Source of the DNA: Candidatus Binatia bacterium
Lineage (GTDB): Bacteria > Desulfobacterota > Binatia > Bin18
Length of the DNA: 62,340 bases
Assembly: GCA_963666315.2 (NCBI GenBank)
Contig: CAXXHG010000037.1
Coordinates: 1 to 62,340, forward strand
Direction: 5' to 3'
A model generated the notes under the pieces. It saw nothing but the letters and a program-made list of their open reading frames with translations. It made no database searches and was not told the DNA's origin. Of this stretch, positions 21,370 to 32,021 are shown piece by piece. Position numbers and translations under genes: made by a program. Position 1 is the first letter of the stretch. Each line of letters opens with the position of its first letter.

Positions 21370-23364
21370 TTAGTAATCGTAGACGTTCACGGCTACACCC
21401 AACCGGATCTTGTTGGATGAATCCCGGTTCGCATACCGGTTGATCTTGAACGTGTAGTACCCGGAGACGGTGGGCTCAAAGTCAAAGTCTTCCCACCCGT
21501 CGTCCCAGGAATAGGATCCGCCCAGATATGCGCCAGAGGGATTGTAGACCCGGATGTCAAAGTCTATGCCGATCGGATGCGCGTCGCTGCGGTGACTATA
21601 GACGTAGGTGCCGCGGGACAGCCATGTCATGGCGATCCGGACGGCGTCATACGAACTTGAGATGTACACTTGGCGGGTGATGTATCCGTCCGTCAAGCCA
21701 TCCCCAGCATCAAGGGTACTGAAAGAACTGTTGCTGCCGTGCATCCAGTAGTTGTGACCGTTGTAGTGACTGCTGAGAAAGTCGATGCCACCCAAGCCGA
21801 CCGCGTCCGCACCACCAGAGATCTCATCCGTGGCCCCTGCCAATTGCTTGGCCTTGGCCAGATGCGGCTTGTACTGCAGCCAGCTGTAACTGGACAATGA
21901 ATCCGACGTGAAGGCCGCCGCATGTGGCGAGGCCATACTGGTGCCACTCTTCGTAAAGCCGCCGGCGGTGATGCTGCTTCCTGGCGCTAAAATTTCCGGC
22001 TTTTCGTTTCCGGTCTCGGGATCCAGAAAGGATGAATCCGCCGCGATGGCATCCGTAGCGTCGCTATAGTTACCAACCGTGGTGACATTCAGTCCTTTAC
22101 CCGGTGAAGTCACATACTCTTCCCCGTCTTCATCGCCCTCGTTTCCGGCCGATTTGAATGCGGGGATTTCGTGGTCATAGATGAAATCGTCCCAATCCCT
22201 ATCGCTGGTATGATATCCGGTATCGGAGTAGTGGCCCGCCGACATCGTGACGACCTGGATGGGGATATCTACCCGACTGACGCCGAGGAGGTCGAGGATC
22301 AAGTCTGACAACCAAGACCCGTACAGATCGATTGAAAACGGTAAATCACTATCGCCTCGACAGTACAGATGACCATCTGGTGCTACACCTTTGATTATCC
22401 CGGCCACGTTACGCGAATGGTCACTCTCGCCGCCCGCTGAACCGAGCCTGGTGTAGTCGCTGACGCGGCTGTCATTGGGACAGTCTGGTTCAGTCATATA
22501 CACGGCGATGCCATCGCCGCGGGTGGAGGCATAGGAGAGTGCCCAGGGGTCAATGCCTGACGCGATCATTGCCGAACTCAGTTCGTCTTGGGGTTCTTCA
22601 TACAACTCGATACCGATGATGGTGGAGTCGTTACTGTTTGCGAGATCTTCGATCTCTTCGCCCGTGAGCTCCAGCGTGAGAGTGTTGGTGAGGGAGGCGA
22701 GGGCCTCTTTCGGTAATTCAATGTTATGACGTTTGGCAAAGGCTTCGAGGAGCTGTAACCGTTCTTCCACACGCGCTGCCGCTTGTTCGCCCCGGGTTTG
22801 TCGTTCGGCGGCTTGCAAGCGGGCAAAGTCCTTCTCACTGACCGTCCGGTCGTTAATCTGCAGCTCCGACTCACCGCTGTCGCTCGTCTCCACCGTGCCG
22901 GTCTGAGGGGTTTCGCTGGGCACCGTGAGTGCGAGTTCCAACGCCACGTTGACCTTGTGCACCCCACTCCGGCCATTGCGGGTCCGCAGGAGCTGCTCTA
23001 ATTCAGGTTCTAGAATGTTCTGGGTGATCTGTGGTAGAACCCGCTCGGACACTTCGTTCCCTGTCTCATCGAGAATCACTGTGGTCACGTTACCCTTGGC
23101 ATCCACCCATTTCTCGAAGGTAAATTCGCGCCCGGCTAACTCTTTCGTCTTTGTAGCGACCAGTTCGACTGAATTGACGGGGCCCGTGTCCGTGCTCGTC
23201 CGCCTAACCGGACCAGTCGCCTTTGTGACGGCGCGCTTGAGTTTTAATTTCCCGGTACTCTGCAGCACGCTCGCGGCCTGGGCCACGGGGGCCATGGCGA
23301 CGCTAAGCGCGAGGGCGGAGACCGTATACTTCCAACCTGCGTGATGTGATGTGTTCTTTTGCAT
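21370..23364 (-). CDS. Secreted S8 (subtilase) serine peptidase with prodomain
   Basis: Signal peptide, SDHSRNVAGII, KSAGN, SGTSMASPHAAA; RBS AGGAAAGGA before MQKNT. Confidence 0.88.
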   Translation of the reverse strand: MQKNTSHHAGWKYTVSALALSVAMAPVAQAASVLQSTGKLKLKRAVTKATGPVRRTSTDTGPVNSVELVATKTKELAGREFTFEKWVDAKGNVTTVILDETGNEVSERVLPQITQNILEPELEQLLRTRNGRSGVHKVNVALELALTVPSETPQTGTVETSDSGESELQINDRTVSEKDFARLQAAERQTRGEQAAARVEERLQLLEAFAKRHNIELPKEALASLTNTLTLELTGEEIEDLANSNDSTIIGIELYEEPQDELSSAMIASGIDPWALSYASTRGDGIAVYMTEPDCPNDSRVSDYTRLGSAGGESDHSRNVAGIIKGVAPDGHLYCRGDSDLPFSIDLYGSWLSDLILDLLGVSRVDIPIQVVTMSAGHYSDTGYHTSDRDWDDFIYDHEIPAFKSAGNEGDEDGEEYVTSPGKGLNVTTVGNYSDATDAIAADSSFLDPETGNEKPEILAPGSSITAGGFTKSGTSMASPHAAAFTSDSLSSYSWLQYKPHLAKAKQLAGATDEISGGADAVGLGGIDFLSSHYNGHNYWMHGSNSSFSTLDAGDGLTDGYITRQVYISSSYDAVRIAMTWLSRGTYVYSHRSDAHPIGIDFDIRVYNPSGAYLGGSYSWDDGWEDFDFEPTVSGYYTFKINRYANRDSSNKIRLGVAVNVYDY

Positions 23365-23618
23365 GATCGTGTCCTTTCCTGCTCCGCCCGGATAATTACT
23401 GTGTGTCACAGTGTGGGCGGGATACCGGAGGAATAACGCACAACCCGTGCCAACCGCTCAGGAATGAGCACGCTCTTTCTGTATTTCAAGTTATTTCAAT
23501 ATGTTACAGCGTCAAAGCACGGTGAAGGTAGGCAGACGGGTCCCCAGCGGTCTCATCCATCGAGACCGTTCTGATATATCGCTTTGATGAGTTATGGCGA
23601 AACGATATGGCCGCTTGA
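23351..23618 (-). promoter_or_regulatory. Sigma54 promoter module, copy 1
   Basis: TTGGCACGGGTTGTGC (GG-N10-GC) at 23438-23453, IHF-like TTTCAATATGTTA, and a 47-bp block (23572-23618) identical to copy 2. Confidence 0.75.
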
Positions 23619-23786
23619 AGTCGCCAATCAGCGCGCCGGTAGGGGTATTTCGATAGTCGTGTGGGGAGCCGGCGGCCTCCACTGCCAAGACGCCCGAGTC
23701 CTCATTGAGGTGCGACTCGCCATGCGTTCTCGCCAGCGGCGAGGCATTATATCAAAGGGCAGAGAAGATACTGTCAACAACGCGTG

Positions 23787-23883
23787 CGGCGATACCCCTC
23801 AATAATCACGGCGAGGAGCACCCCCGCCAAAAAGGCCCCGATCCCGTCGTGCGCGACCAGTGGACCGACCAGCACGGCGTAGA
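23787..23883 (-). pseudogene. 3' remnant of an IPTL-CTERM-extension gene
   Basis: Near-identical to 37016-37113; encodes YAVLVGPLVAHDGIGAFLAGVLLAVIIEGYRR. Confidence 0.8.
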
Positions 23884-24228
23884 TCCTAACCTATCGGTGC
23901 GGACAACTTTCAGCGCAACAATGATTTGCGGTTGATCTACATCGAAAACAGCTATGAACGGAAGAACATCACAGAGAGTTATGAGCGAAACTGGATGAGC
24001 GGCCTGGACGAACTGTGTGACTTCCCGTGTGAGCTAGTGAGCATACTGGTTGTGCAGGACGAACGAGTTGCCGATTTGCATACAGAGGGGTCGTAACCTG
24101 AGAAATGCCGTTTCGCGCTTTTCTGGCTTACCTGTGGTCTGAGTCGTGCTCACGCAGGAGAGCCTGATCATCGGGGGCGAGTAAACCAATAGTTTTTCCC
24201 CAGGGCGGAAGATGAGGCGCGGCCCCCG

Positions 24229-27200
24229 TTATGGCATGACGTCAAAAGGCTCGGAGGACGATGACGGTTCTGGGGCATCGAGGAACAGCGCCAGCTCCTT
24301 GGCGCACAATCGATCGGCGTCCAAAAGTTGGATTTCGACCTGCGGGAGGGCGGCGGGGGAAGAGGCTGTCGATTCGGTCACGGCCAGGATCTCAAAGGCC
24401 ACAATCCCGAGCGTCGCTCCCTGGAGGCTGCCCGTTAAGGGAGCGTAGGTCACCTGGACATCCCGGTCATAGACCACGGCGCAGACCTGTTTCCCCGCCA
24501 ATAGCCGCAGGCCGGTCGCGCGCAGCGGCGTGATATCGGGGATCTGAGCGAGCAGCGCCTCAGGGTTCCCGTGGCGGTCGGGGGTGCCGAGGCCGGGATC
24601 CGCGTTGAGGTAATTGCGCAGCCCCTCGCCCGTCCGCCCCACTGCCGCCCACGAGGCGGGGATCGTCTTCAGCGCGAACCACCCTTCATCCCCGACTGCG
24701 CCCGTATGCAGAGTGAGGGTCTCGCCCGTGTGGTCCGCAAAGAACAGGAGCCGTTCGCGCAGCCCGATCTCGGCCATGTCCGCATTCACGTCCAACTCCG
24801 AGAAGAAGTTCGGCGGCGTGGCGTGGTCGATGGAGTCCTCGTCGATGAGTAAGAAGGTGTGGGTGCCGTCGAGCAGTGGATCGTCGCCGGCTTTGTTCGG
24901 AGAGCCACTGATGGGGCCCCCCACACCGGAGGCAGGGACACCATTCGCATTCCTCAGCGCATTCGATACGCCGTCCCCCGCGGCGCCTGCCGCAAAGACA
25001 AACTCCCGGTCCTGCCTGCGCACTGTGTCCATGGCACTCTCACAGGGGTCCGGGTCCGTGTTAGCCGTGAACGTTGCCCCCAACTGTATGGAAACCCCCG
25101 CCTCCAAACGAATTGTCCTCGACCGCAGTGTGATCGCGGTCCCGCTCGGGACGGTCATAGTCGGCCCGAACGTCATCGCGCTCTCGGATCTGAAGACCTG
25201 CGTCCCGCTCATCGTTTGGTTGGCTAGGACGAGATCGGCCGGCACGACGGCAACATCACATGCGAGTGCGAAGCCGCTCAAGGCCACGCCCATGTCCCAG
25301 GAATCCGATGAGCTCTGGATCCTCAGCTCCAGCGTCGCTTGTTTGGGCCCGCTGCTGGATGGATCAAAGGTCACGGCGATGGTGCGTGACTGCCCGTTGC
25401 TAAAAGGTCCGGAATCGACCATCGGCGAACCGGTGGCAAACTCGCCGGGGTCCGTGCCGGTCAAGGTGCGGCTGCCGATGGCCAGGCTCTCGGTACCGGT
25501 ATGGGTGAGGGTGACGGTCATCGCCGAGGTCGCACCATCGTCCACGGCTTGATTACCGAGATTCAGGGTCCGGGTGAAAGTGAAGGGGAGCTCTACCAAC
25601 CCTTCCAGGAAGGCCTGGATATCCTGCACCTTCTGCGAACTGCTCACGTCCAAGATGTCGCCGACCTGAACACCAGCAGGCGAGTTTACGAATTGGGCCG
25701 TATCGTAAAACTGAATCGCCCCGAGCAGCGTAGCGACGGAATTGTCATGGAAGAAGGGAGCCGTATTCTTCACGCCGAACAGCGGCCGGGTGCTGAATTC
25801 CCGGCTGTTGGCGGCGAAGCCCAGGTCTTGCTCAGTGGGCAAGCCGTCACTCGTGTTGATCGGCAGGTTGGCGACCCCGGTATTGAACTCCTCGTTGACG
25901 CCCACAGTGGTGCCGAACTGGCCGTCGGAGGTGGCCAGGACGTTACCACTGTGACAGACTCCGCATTTTGCCGTACCGAAGAAAAGAGCCCGGCCTCGCT
26001 TTTGCGCTTCGGTGGTCACGAACTTGTTGAAGTTGTTGCCCTCGTCGAAATTTTCGTCCGAGGGTAGAAAGATGGTGTCCATAAACGCGGCCATGGCATC
26101 CAATTCGGCCGTGGTGGGCAAGCGGAAATCGTTTGCCGCCACCGGCAGCAAAGTCCCCACCCGCTGCAAATGCCGTGGAAAGTGCTGCTGCACCGCTCCC
26201 TTGGCAAAGGCCTGGAGATCAGCGAATTCACCACTGAGGCCGTACGGCGCCGTGTGCTTGAGATTGAGAAGGTTGGGCGACATTCTCATGAATGTCGTTT
26301 CAGGGAAACCATTGATGTTCTCTGTAATCAGCGCCCTGCCGCCGGTCATGAATGCCGTATCTTCGATCCCTCTGGGCTCGACATTTACCGGATTCGGGCC
26401 AACCAGATTCCCGGCGGTGAACGACACCAACGTACCGGTATTGCCGGCGGCGTCGGAAATCACGTTGCCCGACACATTCAGAGCAGATCCGCCCAAGATG
26501 TGATAGGTCGTCCCGGTGCCGGCCAGTACGGTCGCGGTGCCGCCCATGGTACCGGTGATCGTGGTTCCCAGAAAAAAGTCGCTGGGCTGAGTCGTGCCCG
26601 AGCCGGCGCCCGGGTTCACGGATCCGGCACTGTTGACCACCAGGGTATTCACATTGACTGTATTCATAAAAAGGAGATCGGTAGCCGGCAAGGTAGCGAC
26701 CTTCGCCGGCGTCAATCCGAAATCGTTGCTCATGAAATGGCAAGTGCCACAGGTGCGGCCGTTGCCCAAGAAGCGCTCTTTGAAAAACAGGTCGTCACCC
26801 TGATCCGCCATGCTGCTCGCCACCGGCAAGACCGCTTCACCCACGGTATTCGTCTCCACCCCTGAAGGATTGTTTTGAGTGCTGTTCGGCGTTGGCACGG
26901 CCAGGGCGAAGTTCGCATTCGTGTTGGTGCCGGAACCGAAGGAGAAATTGGCATTACGGCTCAAGCTCTGAGAATTCATGATCAACAGGTCCGAAGCAAA
27001 AGGGGACCCGGAAGCTTCTTCCGTCGCTCCTGTGAATCCGGCTCCACCATAGGAAAGGCATAGATTGACGTTAAACGCACCCGAGCTATCTGGATTGTTT
27101 TTGAAACAGACCTTTCCCGCAATCGGCATGACCCCTGCCGGGATGATGAAATCAGGGGTAATATCCGTGAGATCCGCAAACGCCTGAGTTGCGAACAAGA

Positions 27201-27720
27201 CAGTGTCTGCCGGCCCCCCGGGATTAGTGGGAACGACGAATCGCCCCGTTTGAACTCCCCCCGAGTCGAAGAAAACCACCATCGCCCTGCCGGGGGTGCT
27301 GGGCGACCAATTTTTCTGCCCGCTGCCCTGCGCCACCATTTCAAAAAATTGGATACTCGAATCGCCATTCAAGCCGGCCATGAGCTCGTTGATTCGGACA
27401 AAGTGGTTGGTCGCCAGTGCAGGCTGCCAGGAAAAGAGCACAAGGCCGAACGCCACAAGCCACCGAATAGGTCCGGAGACTCGACAAGACAAGGGGCCAC
27501 CGAGAATGTCGGATTTTTTCAGTTTGCTTTCTCCCTTGATTGGCGCGGAGAAAGTCGCCCAATTTTGGTAAAATGCGGGTTTTGTATGGCCGGGGAGACT
27601 TTGCCCCGCTCCATCAATGGATTTCTGAAATTGCGAGCCTCCTGCACGAATATCGGACCTTCCCTGAAAGACTCCGTGGCTGCTTTTAAACAGGCCAAGC
27701 GCCTGCGCAAAATGATACAA
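24229..27720 (-). CDS. Large secreted multidomain di-heme cytochrome c peroxidase/MauG-like protein
   Basis: Signal peptide WLVAFGLVLFSWQPALA, two CxxCH motifs (CGTCH, CGVCH), TAPFFHDNSVATL, ASH/choice-of-anchor-D-like Ig domain; true start probably near 27520. Confidence 0.7.
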   Translation of the reverse strand: MYHFAQALGLFKSSHGVFQGRSDIRAGGSQFQKSIDGAGQSLPGHTKPAFYQNWATFSAPIKGESKLKKSDILGGPLSCRVSGPIRWLVAFGLVLFSWQPALATNHFVRINELMAGLNGDSSIQFFEMVAQGSGQKNWSPSTPGRAMVVFFDSGGVQTGRFVVPTNPGGPADTVLFATQAFADLTDITPDFIIPAGVMPIAGKVCFKNNPDSSGAFNVNLCLSYGGAGFTGATEEASGSPFASDLLIMNSQSLSRNANFSFGSGTNTNANFALAVPTPNSTQNNPSGVETNTVGEAVLPVASSMADQGDDLFFKERFLGNGRTCGTCHFMSNDFGLTPAKVATLPATDLLFMNTVNVNTLVVNSAGSVNPGAGSGTTQPSDFFLGTTITGTMGGTATVLAGTGTTYHILGGSALNVSGNVISDAAGNTGTLVSFTAGNLVGPNPVNVEPRGIEDTAFMTGGRALITENINGFPETTFMRMSPNLLNLKHTAPYGLSGEFADLQAFAKGAVQQHFPRHLQRVGTLLPVAANDFRLPTTAELDAMAAFMDTIFLPSDENFDEGNNFNKFVTTEAQKRGRALFFGTAKCGVCHSGNVLATSDGQFGTTVGVNEEFNTGVANLPINTSDGLPTEQDLGFAANSREFSTRPLFGVKNTAPFFHDNSVATLLGAIQFYDTAQFVNSPAGVQVGDILDVSSSQKVQDIQAFLEGLVELPFTFTRTLNLGNQAVDDGATSAMTVTLTHTGTESLAIGSRTLTGTDPGEFATGSPMVDSGPFSNGQSRTIAVTFDPSSSGPKQATLELRIQSSSDSWDMGVALSGFALACDVAVVPADLVLANQTMSGTQVFRSESAMTFGPTMTVPSGTAITLRSRTIRLEAGVSIQLGATFTANTDPDPCESAMDTVRRQDREFVFAAGAAGDGVSNALRNANGVPASGVGGPISGSPNKAGDDPLLDGTHTFLLIDEDSIDHATPPNFFSELDVNADMAEIGLRERLLFFADHTGETLTLHTGAVGDEGWFALKTIPASWAAVGRTGEGLRNYLNADPGLGTPDRHGNPEALLAQIPDITPLRATGLRLLAGKQVCAVVYDRDVQVTYAPLTGSLQGATLGIVAFEILAVTESTASSPAALPQVEIQLLDADRLCAKELALFLDAPEPSSSSEPFDVMP

Positions 27721-27779
27721 GCAAACGGAATAGACCTTCAGAAAGTACGCATGACACGGCCTCGTTCTGCGTTCTGTTG

Positions 27780-28051
27780 TGTGTAACTCTGCATGATCGT
27801 GTCCTTTCCTCTTGTACCACCCGGTAGATTACTGTGTGCCACAGCGTTTGCGGGTTACCCGAGGAGTAGAGCACGACCCGTGCCAACCGCTCAGAGCAGA
27901 TCAGAGTCTTTCTAAATTTCTTCTTATTTCCATATGTTAGAGCATAGACGCACGGTGAAGGTAGGCAGGCGTGGCCCCTTCAGCCCCCTCCACAAAGACC
28001 GTTGTGATATATCGCTTTGATGAGTTATGGCGAAACGATATGGCCGCTTGA
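27780..28051 (-). promoter_or_regulatory. Sigma54 promoter module, copy 2
   Basis: TTGGCACGGGTCGTGC at 27871-27886; same RBS/ATG context; 47-bp identical block at 28005-28051. Confidence 0.75.
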
Positions 28052-28206
28052 CGGGAGGCATACCCTTTCCTTACCAGGGTCCTGCATCCATACACAAGAG
28101 AGAACGGTCAGTGAGAGCCAGCACCGGGCGGTTGTGCGTCTTCTCCCCCTGCACCCAAAAAAGTGTGCAATCATGGTGTGCGTACTCCGTGAAAGGACGG
28201 TGCCCC

Positions 28207-28809
28207 ATGGAAGATCAAGACCGCAACTCGTTTGAGCCGTATGACGAACACCATCGCTGCCAAGCGTTGGCGAAGCAGAGGAGAAAGCAATGTGGCCGCG
28301 CTGCCGCGATTGGCAAGCGAACTTGCAAATTTCACGGTGGTGCGAGTCTCGTGGGGCCGGACCATCCCCGCTACACGGGCAAGAGCCGCTACTTGTCTAA
28401 ATATCTGCCGCGCCGCCTGGAACAGCGTCTGGTGGAGGCGCAACAACAGCCGGATCTGGCCACACTGCGGAAGGAACTGGGGTTGCTTGATCTTCGGCTC
28501 AACGATCTGCTGCAACGGCTAGGGCCGGACACGCCGGAGACCGTTCGGGAGGCGATCTGGCCCGAGGTGTACGGACTCGTCCATCTCAAAGCAAAGACGG
28601 TAGATGTCTACGCCCGCAAAGCCAAAATATATGAGCAATTCTTCACGCTGAGTGAGGTATCGGCAGTCGTACAAGGGTTGGTCGCAGTGATTGAGCGATT
28701 GCCATTGGAGCCCGAGGAGCGGGCGCGTGCCTTTCATCAATGCCGGGCGGTCATCGATTTCCATGCGAAAACGTATCACGCCGACCAAGCGCCGGGGTCG
28801 CTTACCTAA
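28207..28809 (+). CDS. HGGxSTG-domain protein (mobile-element associated)
   Basis: RCQALAKQRRKQCGRAAAIGKRTCKFHGGAS Cys/His motif followed by a helical region. Confidence 0.65.
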   Translation: MEDQDRNSFEPYDEHHRCQALAKQRRKQCGRAAAIGKRTCKFHGGASLVGPDHPRYTGKSRYLSKYLPRRLEQRLVEAQQQPDLATLRKELGLLDLRLNDLLQRLGPDTPETVREAIWPEVYGLVHLKAKTVDVYARKAKIYEQFFTLSEVSAVVQGLVAVIERLPLEPEERARAFHQCRAVIDFHAKTYHADQAPGSLT

Positions 28810-29196
28810 GGACGTAGCATTGCGAGATGCGCATGCGGGCAGGCATTTTTTCAAATATATCAAACAGGCATCGAGCAGCGTTAGTGAACCCATATCTTCG
28901 TAGTTTGTGACAGCATGAAGCGACGGCCATCCTCAAACGCGCAGGTCGAGCAGAACCAGGAGGGGGACGAAATGCTTCGGCAACATGACCTGGGTGCGGA
29001 GGAAAGCTGCTGCGCGGTGCGCTTATACCCGTTTCCCCGCTGGTGCCTTGCTCGTTCCAATCCGAAGGAGGTCTCTGACTTTCACAAATCACCTCATGAG
29101 AATCCCTGGCATTACTGCCTCCGGCAGGACCGGTCTGACGGGCCGCAGATAACCTTAGTCATCGCGCCTTCACCGTGAAAATATGTTGATGACACA

Positions 29197-29331
29197 CTAA
29201 TCTATAAAGAAATGATAAATTAGTAATCCAATTAGGATCCCTTTAATAAAAGATATCCAAGCGATTCCATAATAGGAAATTCCAAGCGTTTTCTTCCACC
29301 AGTCTACGTATTTTTTGTGCCAATTAAGCAT
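29197..29331 (-). CDS. 44-aa AT-rich small membrane protein (not in ORF track)
   Basis: MLNWHKKYVDWWKKTLGISYYGIAWISFIKGILIGLLIYHFFID; markedly low GC. Confidence 0.6.
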   Translation of the reverse strand: MLNWHKKYVDWWKKTLGISYYGIAWISFIKGILIGLLIYHFFID

Positions 29332-29354
29332 CTTAACTTCTCTTGTTTCTAAGT

Positions 29355-29510
29355 TTAAAAACTATCATCCTTATACCAACTCCCAGTCTTTGTATCCCAC
29401 ATAGCCTGTCCTCCCACTGCCGGAAAGTGATATCGCCCACTCTCGCTGATCATCCAGGCGCTCGCCATTAAAGCGACGGACAGAATGACCGTACAGAGAA
29501 TATTGTTCAT
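29355..29510 (-). CDS. 51-aa small protein with hydrophobic N-terminus (not in ORF track)
   Basis: AGGGAG RBS; MNNILCTVILSVALMASAWMISESGRY...WDTKTG. Confidence 0.45.
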   Translation of the reverse strand: MNNILCTVILSVALMASAWMISESGRYHFPAVGGQAMWDTKTGSWYKDDSF

Positions 29511-29721
29511 ACACACTCCCTTTACGAAGCGCTGACCTTCGTGCTTAGCGCTGTTTCCGGCTGATTATCAATGGACTAGCTAGCATGGGTACTCACCTCT
29601 TGAACAAGGTGTCACTGCATCTGACACCGATGACACCCTTAGCCACGTTTCTTCCACCTGCCAATCCCCATTGGCCGGGTAGGTGTCACCCCCCATGACA
29701 CCTATGACATCTAGGCCCTCA

Positions 29722-31465
29722 TTATTCCGCCTTTCTATTGCCTCTGATGAGGTAGTTTTTCGGCTTCCTAGTCTCTGGATTCGTCCGCCTCTCACGCACC
29801 AATATGTGTTGCCTTTCAGCCTTTTCGATGGCTCGGCGGGCTGTCGCCTCTGCCACCGAGAAGCGGGCCACAATGTCCGCTTTCGTCTTTTCCAGCCATG
29901 CGCCATCAGACCCCAGCATCTCCCAAATTTCTTTGGGCGTGACGCTGGCTTCGATATCAACAGGCGTGAAGATGTACGAGTCTTGTCTTCGCTCTAGGGT
30001 GAGGCTCCATATCGTCCCGCCATAGTTAGCTTTGTCCAAGTCCAGCTTGAATCGTTCAACCCCGTTATCGCCACCTTGCTGCGGCTTGAGGCGTAGCATT
30101 GTTCGGCACCAATCCCGGATGGCCGATGCTCCTCTGGGTGCCGCACTATTAGATTCCGCTACTTTGGGCTCATGGTGGGCGATAATAAATGTGCAGCCCG
30201 TCTCCGCTTGATACGGGGTGAACAGATCAAGCACCTCACGCATGGCAGAATTTGAGTTCTCGTCCTGGTCATGCGAGCTCACTAAAGGGTCAAGTATCGC
30301 CACGGTTGCTTGATGCTGCCGAAAAGCGTCGAAAAGCGCCGTTCTCCGTGCTTCGTCGGTCAGCATGAGGATAGAGTCAGGCGCTTCGAGAAAAGCGATG
30401 CGGTCAGCGATCTCGTCTCCGTAGCCGAGCGCCCGCATTTGCTTGACCCACCGAAATCTCACCTCACTGAGAGGATCTTCCGCCATGTAGACGACTACTC
30501 GTTGCGGGCCAGCAACAGCAAGTCCGGCATACCCCAATAGAGGCCTACCCGCTAACAGGTCGCACGCAATCTGGAGAAGAAGCGTACTCTTCCCACGTCC
30601 GCCCATCCCGGTCAGCAGCACTTTCCCGCATTCCCCACCCTGGGACGATTGGAGCTGGACGCTCGATTGTGGCTGACTGCAGTTCCGTGCCCGTCCACAA
30701 TCTAACCCGTGGATATGGGGACGAGAGTTCTTCGACATCGAGGGCGCGAAACGCCTCAACGTCGTACGCGTCAAGATAATCATCCAGTCCACACTTCGCC
30801 CCTTTCAGCTCCGGTAAGTTGATGGAAAAGACGACGCGTGCTCCGCGGCTGTACAGTTCCTTGGCTAAACCATCCCGTGCAGCCAGAACATTGGGATTTG
30901 TCGCTGTATCTGAGTCAAAACAGATCGAGACCAACCGATCTTGCCAGGGGATTAAATCCAGGTCAGTGATGGGGCCGCTCTTCCCTGTTTGAGAATCCTT
31001 CCCACGCCAACAAGTCACACCACTCAGCCCAACAAGGTTCACCCCCGCCTGATACGCCCACAGCGTCTTGAATTCACCCTCTGTGATGCCGATTACGACC
31101 GACGGATCATTGATCCAGGATTCACACTCTGGTGGATAGTAGACCGCATTCCCAGCCCCTCGTGGTGACAGATACTTGGCTGGTTTACCCTTGATAGTTG
31201 GTGGCGTGTCCGGTCTGACGCGTGTGAGCGACACTGTCTTGTTGAACGGGTCCTGGTAGGGAAGCGCAATGCCAGGGCAGCCGATCGTTCGCCCTAGAGT
31301 ATCGCCCGCCTCGGCTGGAGAGACGCTGAAGAGACGCGCTGCGGCAATCGTCTGATCAGACAGACCTCGATCCTGCAGATGTTTTCTATGGGGTGCGGTC
31401 AACGGATCGTTGATCGTATCGACATGCGCCGGGTCGAAACCCTTGGTGTCTGTGTGTGTTTGCAT
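29722..31465 (-). CDS. DUF3854/TOPRIM primase + AAA_25 helicase fusion (frameshift ~30630)
   Basis: KYLSPRG, ITEGEFK, ICFDSD, GLDDYL; Walker A GMGGRGKST, ILDPL, DENSNS, IIAHH, RGASA split across two ORF-track frames. Confidence 0.85.
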
Positions 31466-31583
31466 AACCCTTTCAGTCGAATAATTCTTCTCGGCGCTTT
31501 GCTGTTCAAGCCAGGCTATGACCACCTCCCGCCGCTACGAACGGTATCGGCCTCCTCTACTATTTCTCTTTGCGCGTGACCGT

Positions 31584-31798
31584 TTAACTTCTTTCTGCAC
31601 GGCTGGGCAGTTGAGCCCGACGCCGGGCCTGTCTGTCCGCTAACCATTGGACCATGTCGTCTTCGTAGAAACGCACGAGCCGTCCAATGTGCTGTTGTGG
31701 ACAGCCTTCAAAGTCCAAAAGCGGACGGCGGCGGGAGTGCAATTAAGGCGCTCCGCCAGTTGGCGATAATTGAGCCGCGGTTTTTCGGATGTGCGCAT
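31584..31798 (-). CDS. Excisionase/AlpA-like HTH protein (one frameshift; not in ORF track)
   Basis: GGAGGA RBS; MRTSEKPRLNYRQLAERLNCTPAAVRFWT / EGCPQQHIGRLVRFYEDDMVQWL. Confidence 0.65.
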
Positions 31799-32021
31799 GA
31801 GTAATCCTCCTTCTCTTCCACATTGGGCTGATCATACTGGATAGCAGCCGTCTTGTACATCACATATAGTTATCTTTCTTATCCTCTTAAAATAGGATTA
31901 TAAATAGGATAAAATATATTCAAGTGAGGGGAAAGACAGGGAGACCCAGAGAGCGGGCGTCGATTGAAGAAAATGAGGACGGCGGCGTGATGAGGAGGTG
32001 GAGGGATGAGGAGGTGGAGGG

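Noticed and set aside
24614-26865. Long antisense ORFs over the di-heme gene, and similar shadow ORFs elsewhere
   Set aside because: Expected antisense openness in GC-rich coding DNA; no recognisable motifs.
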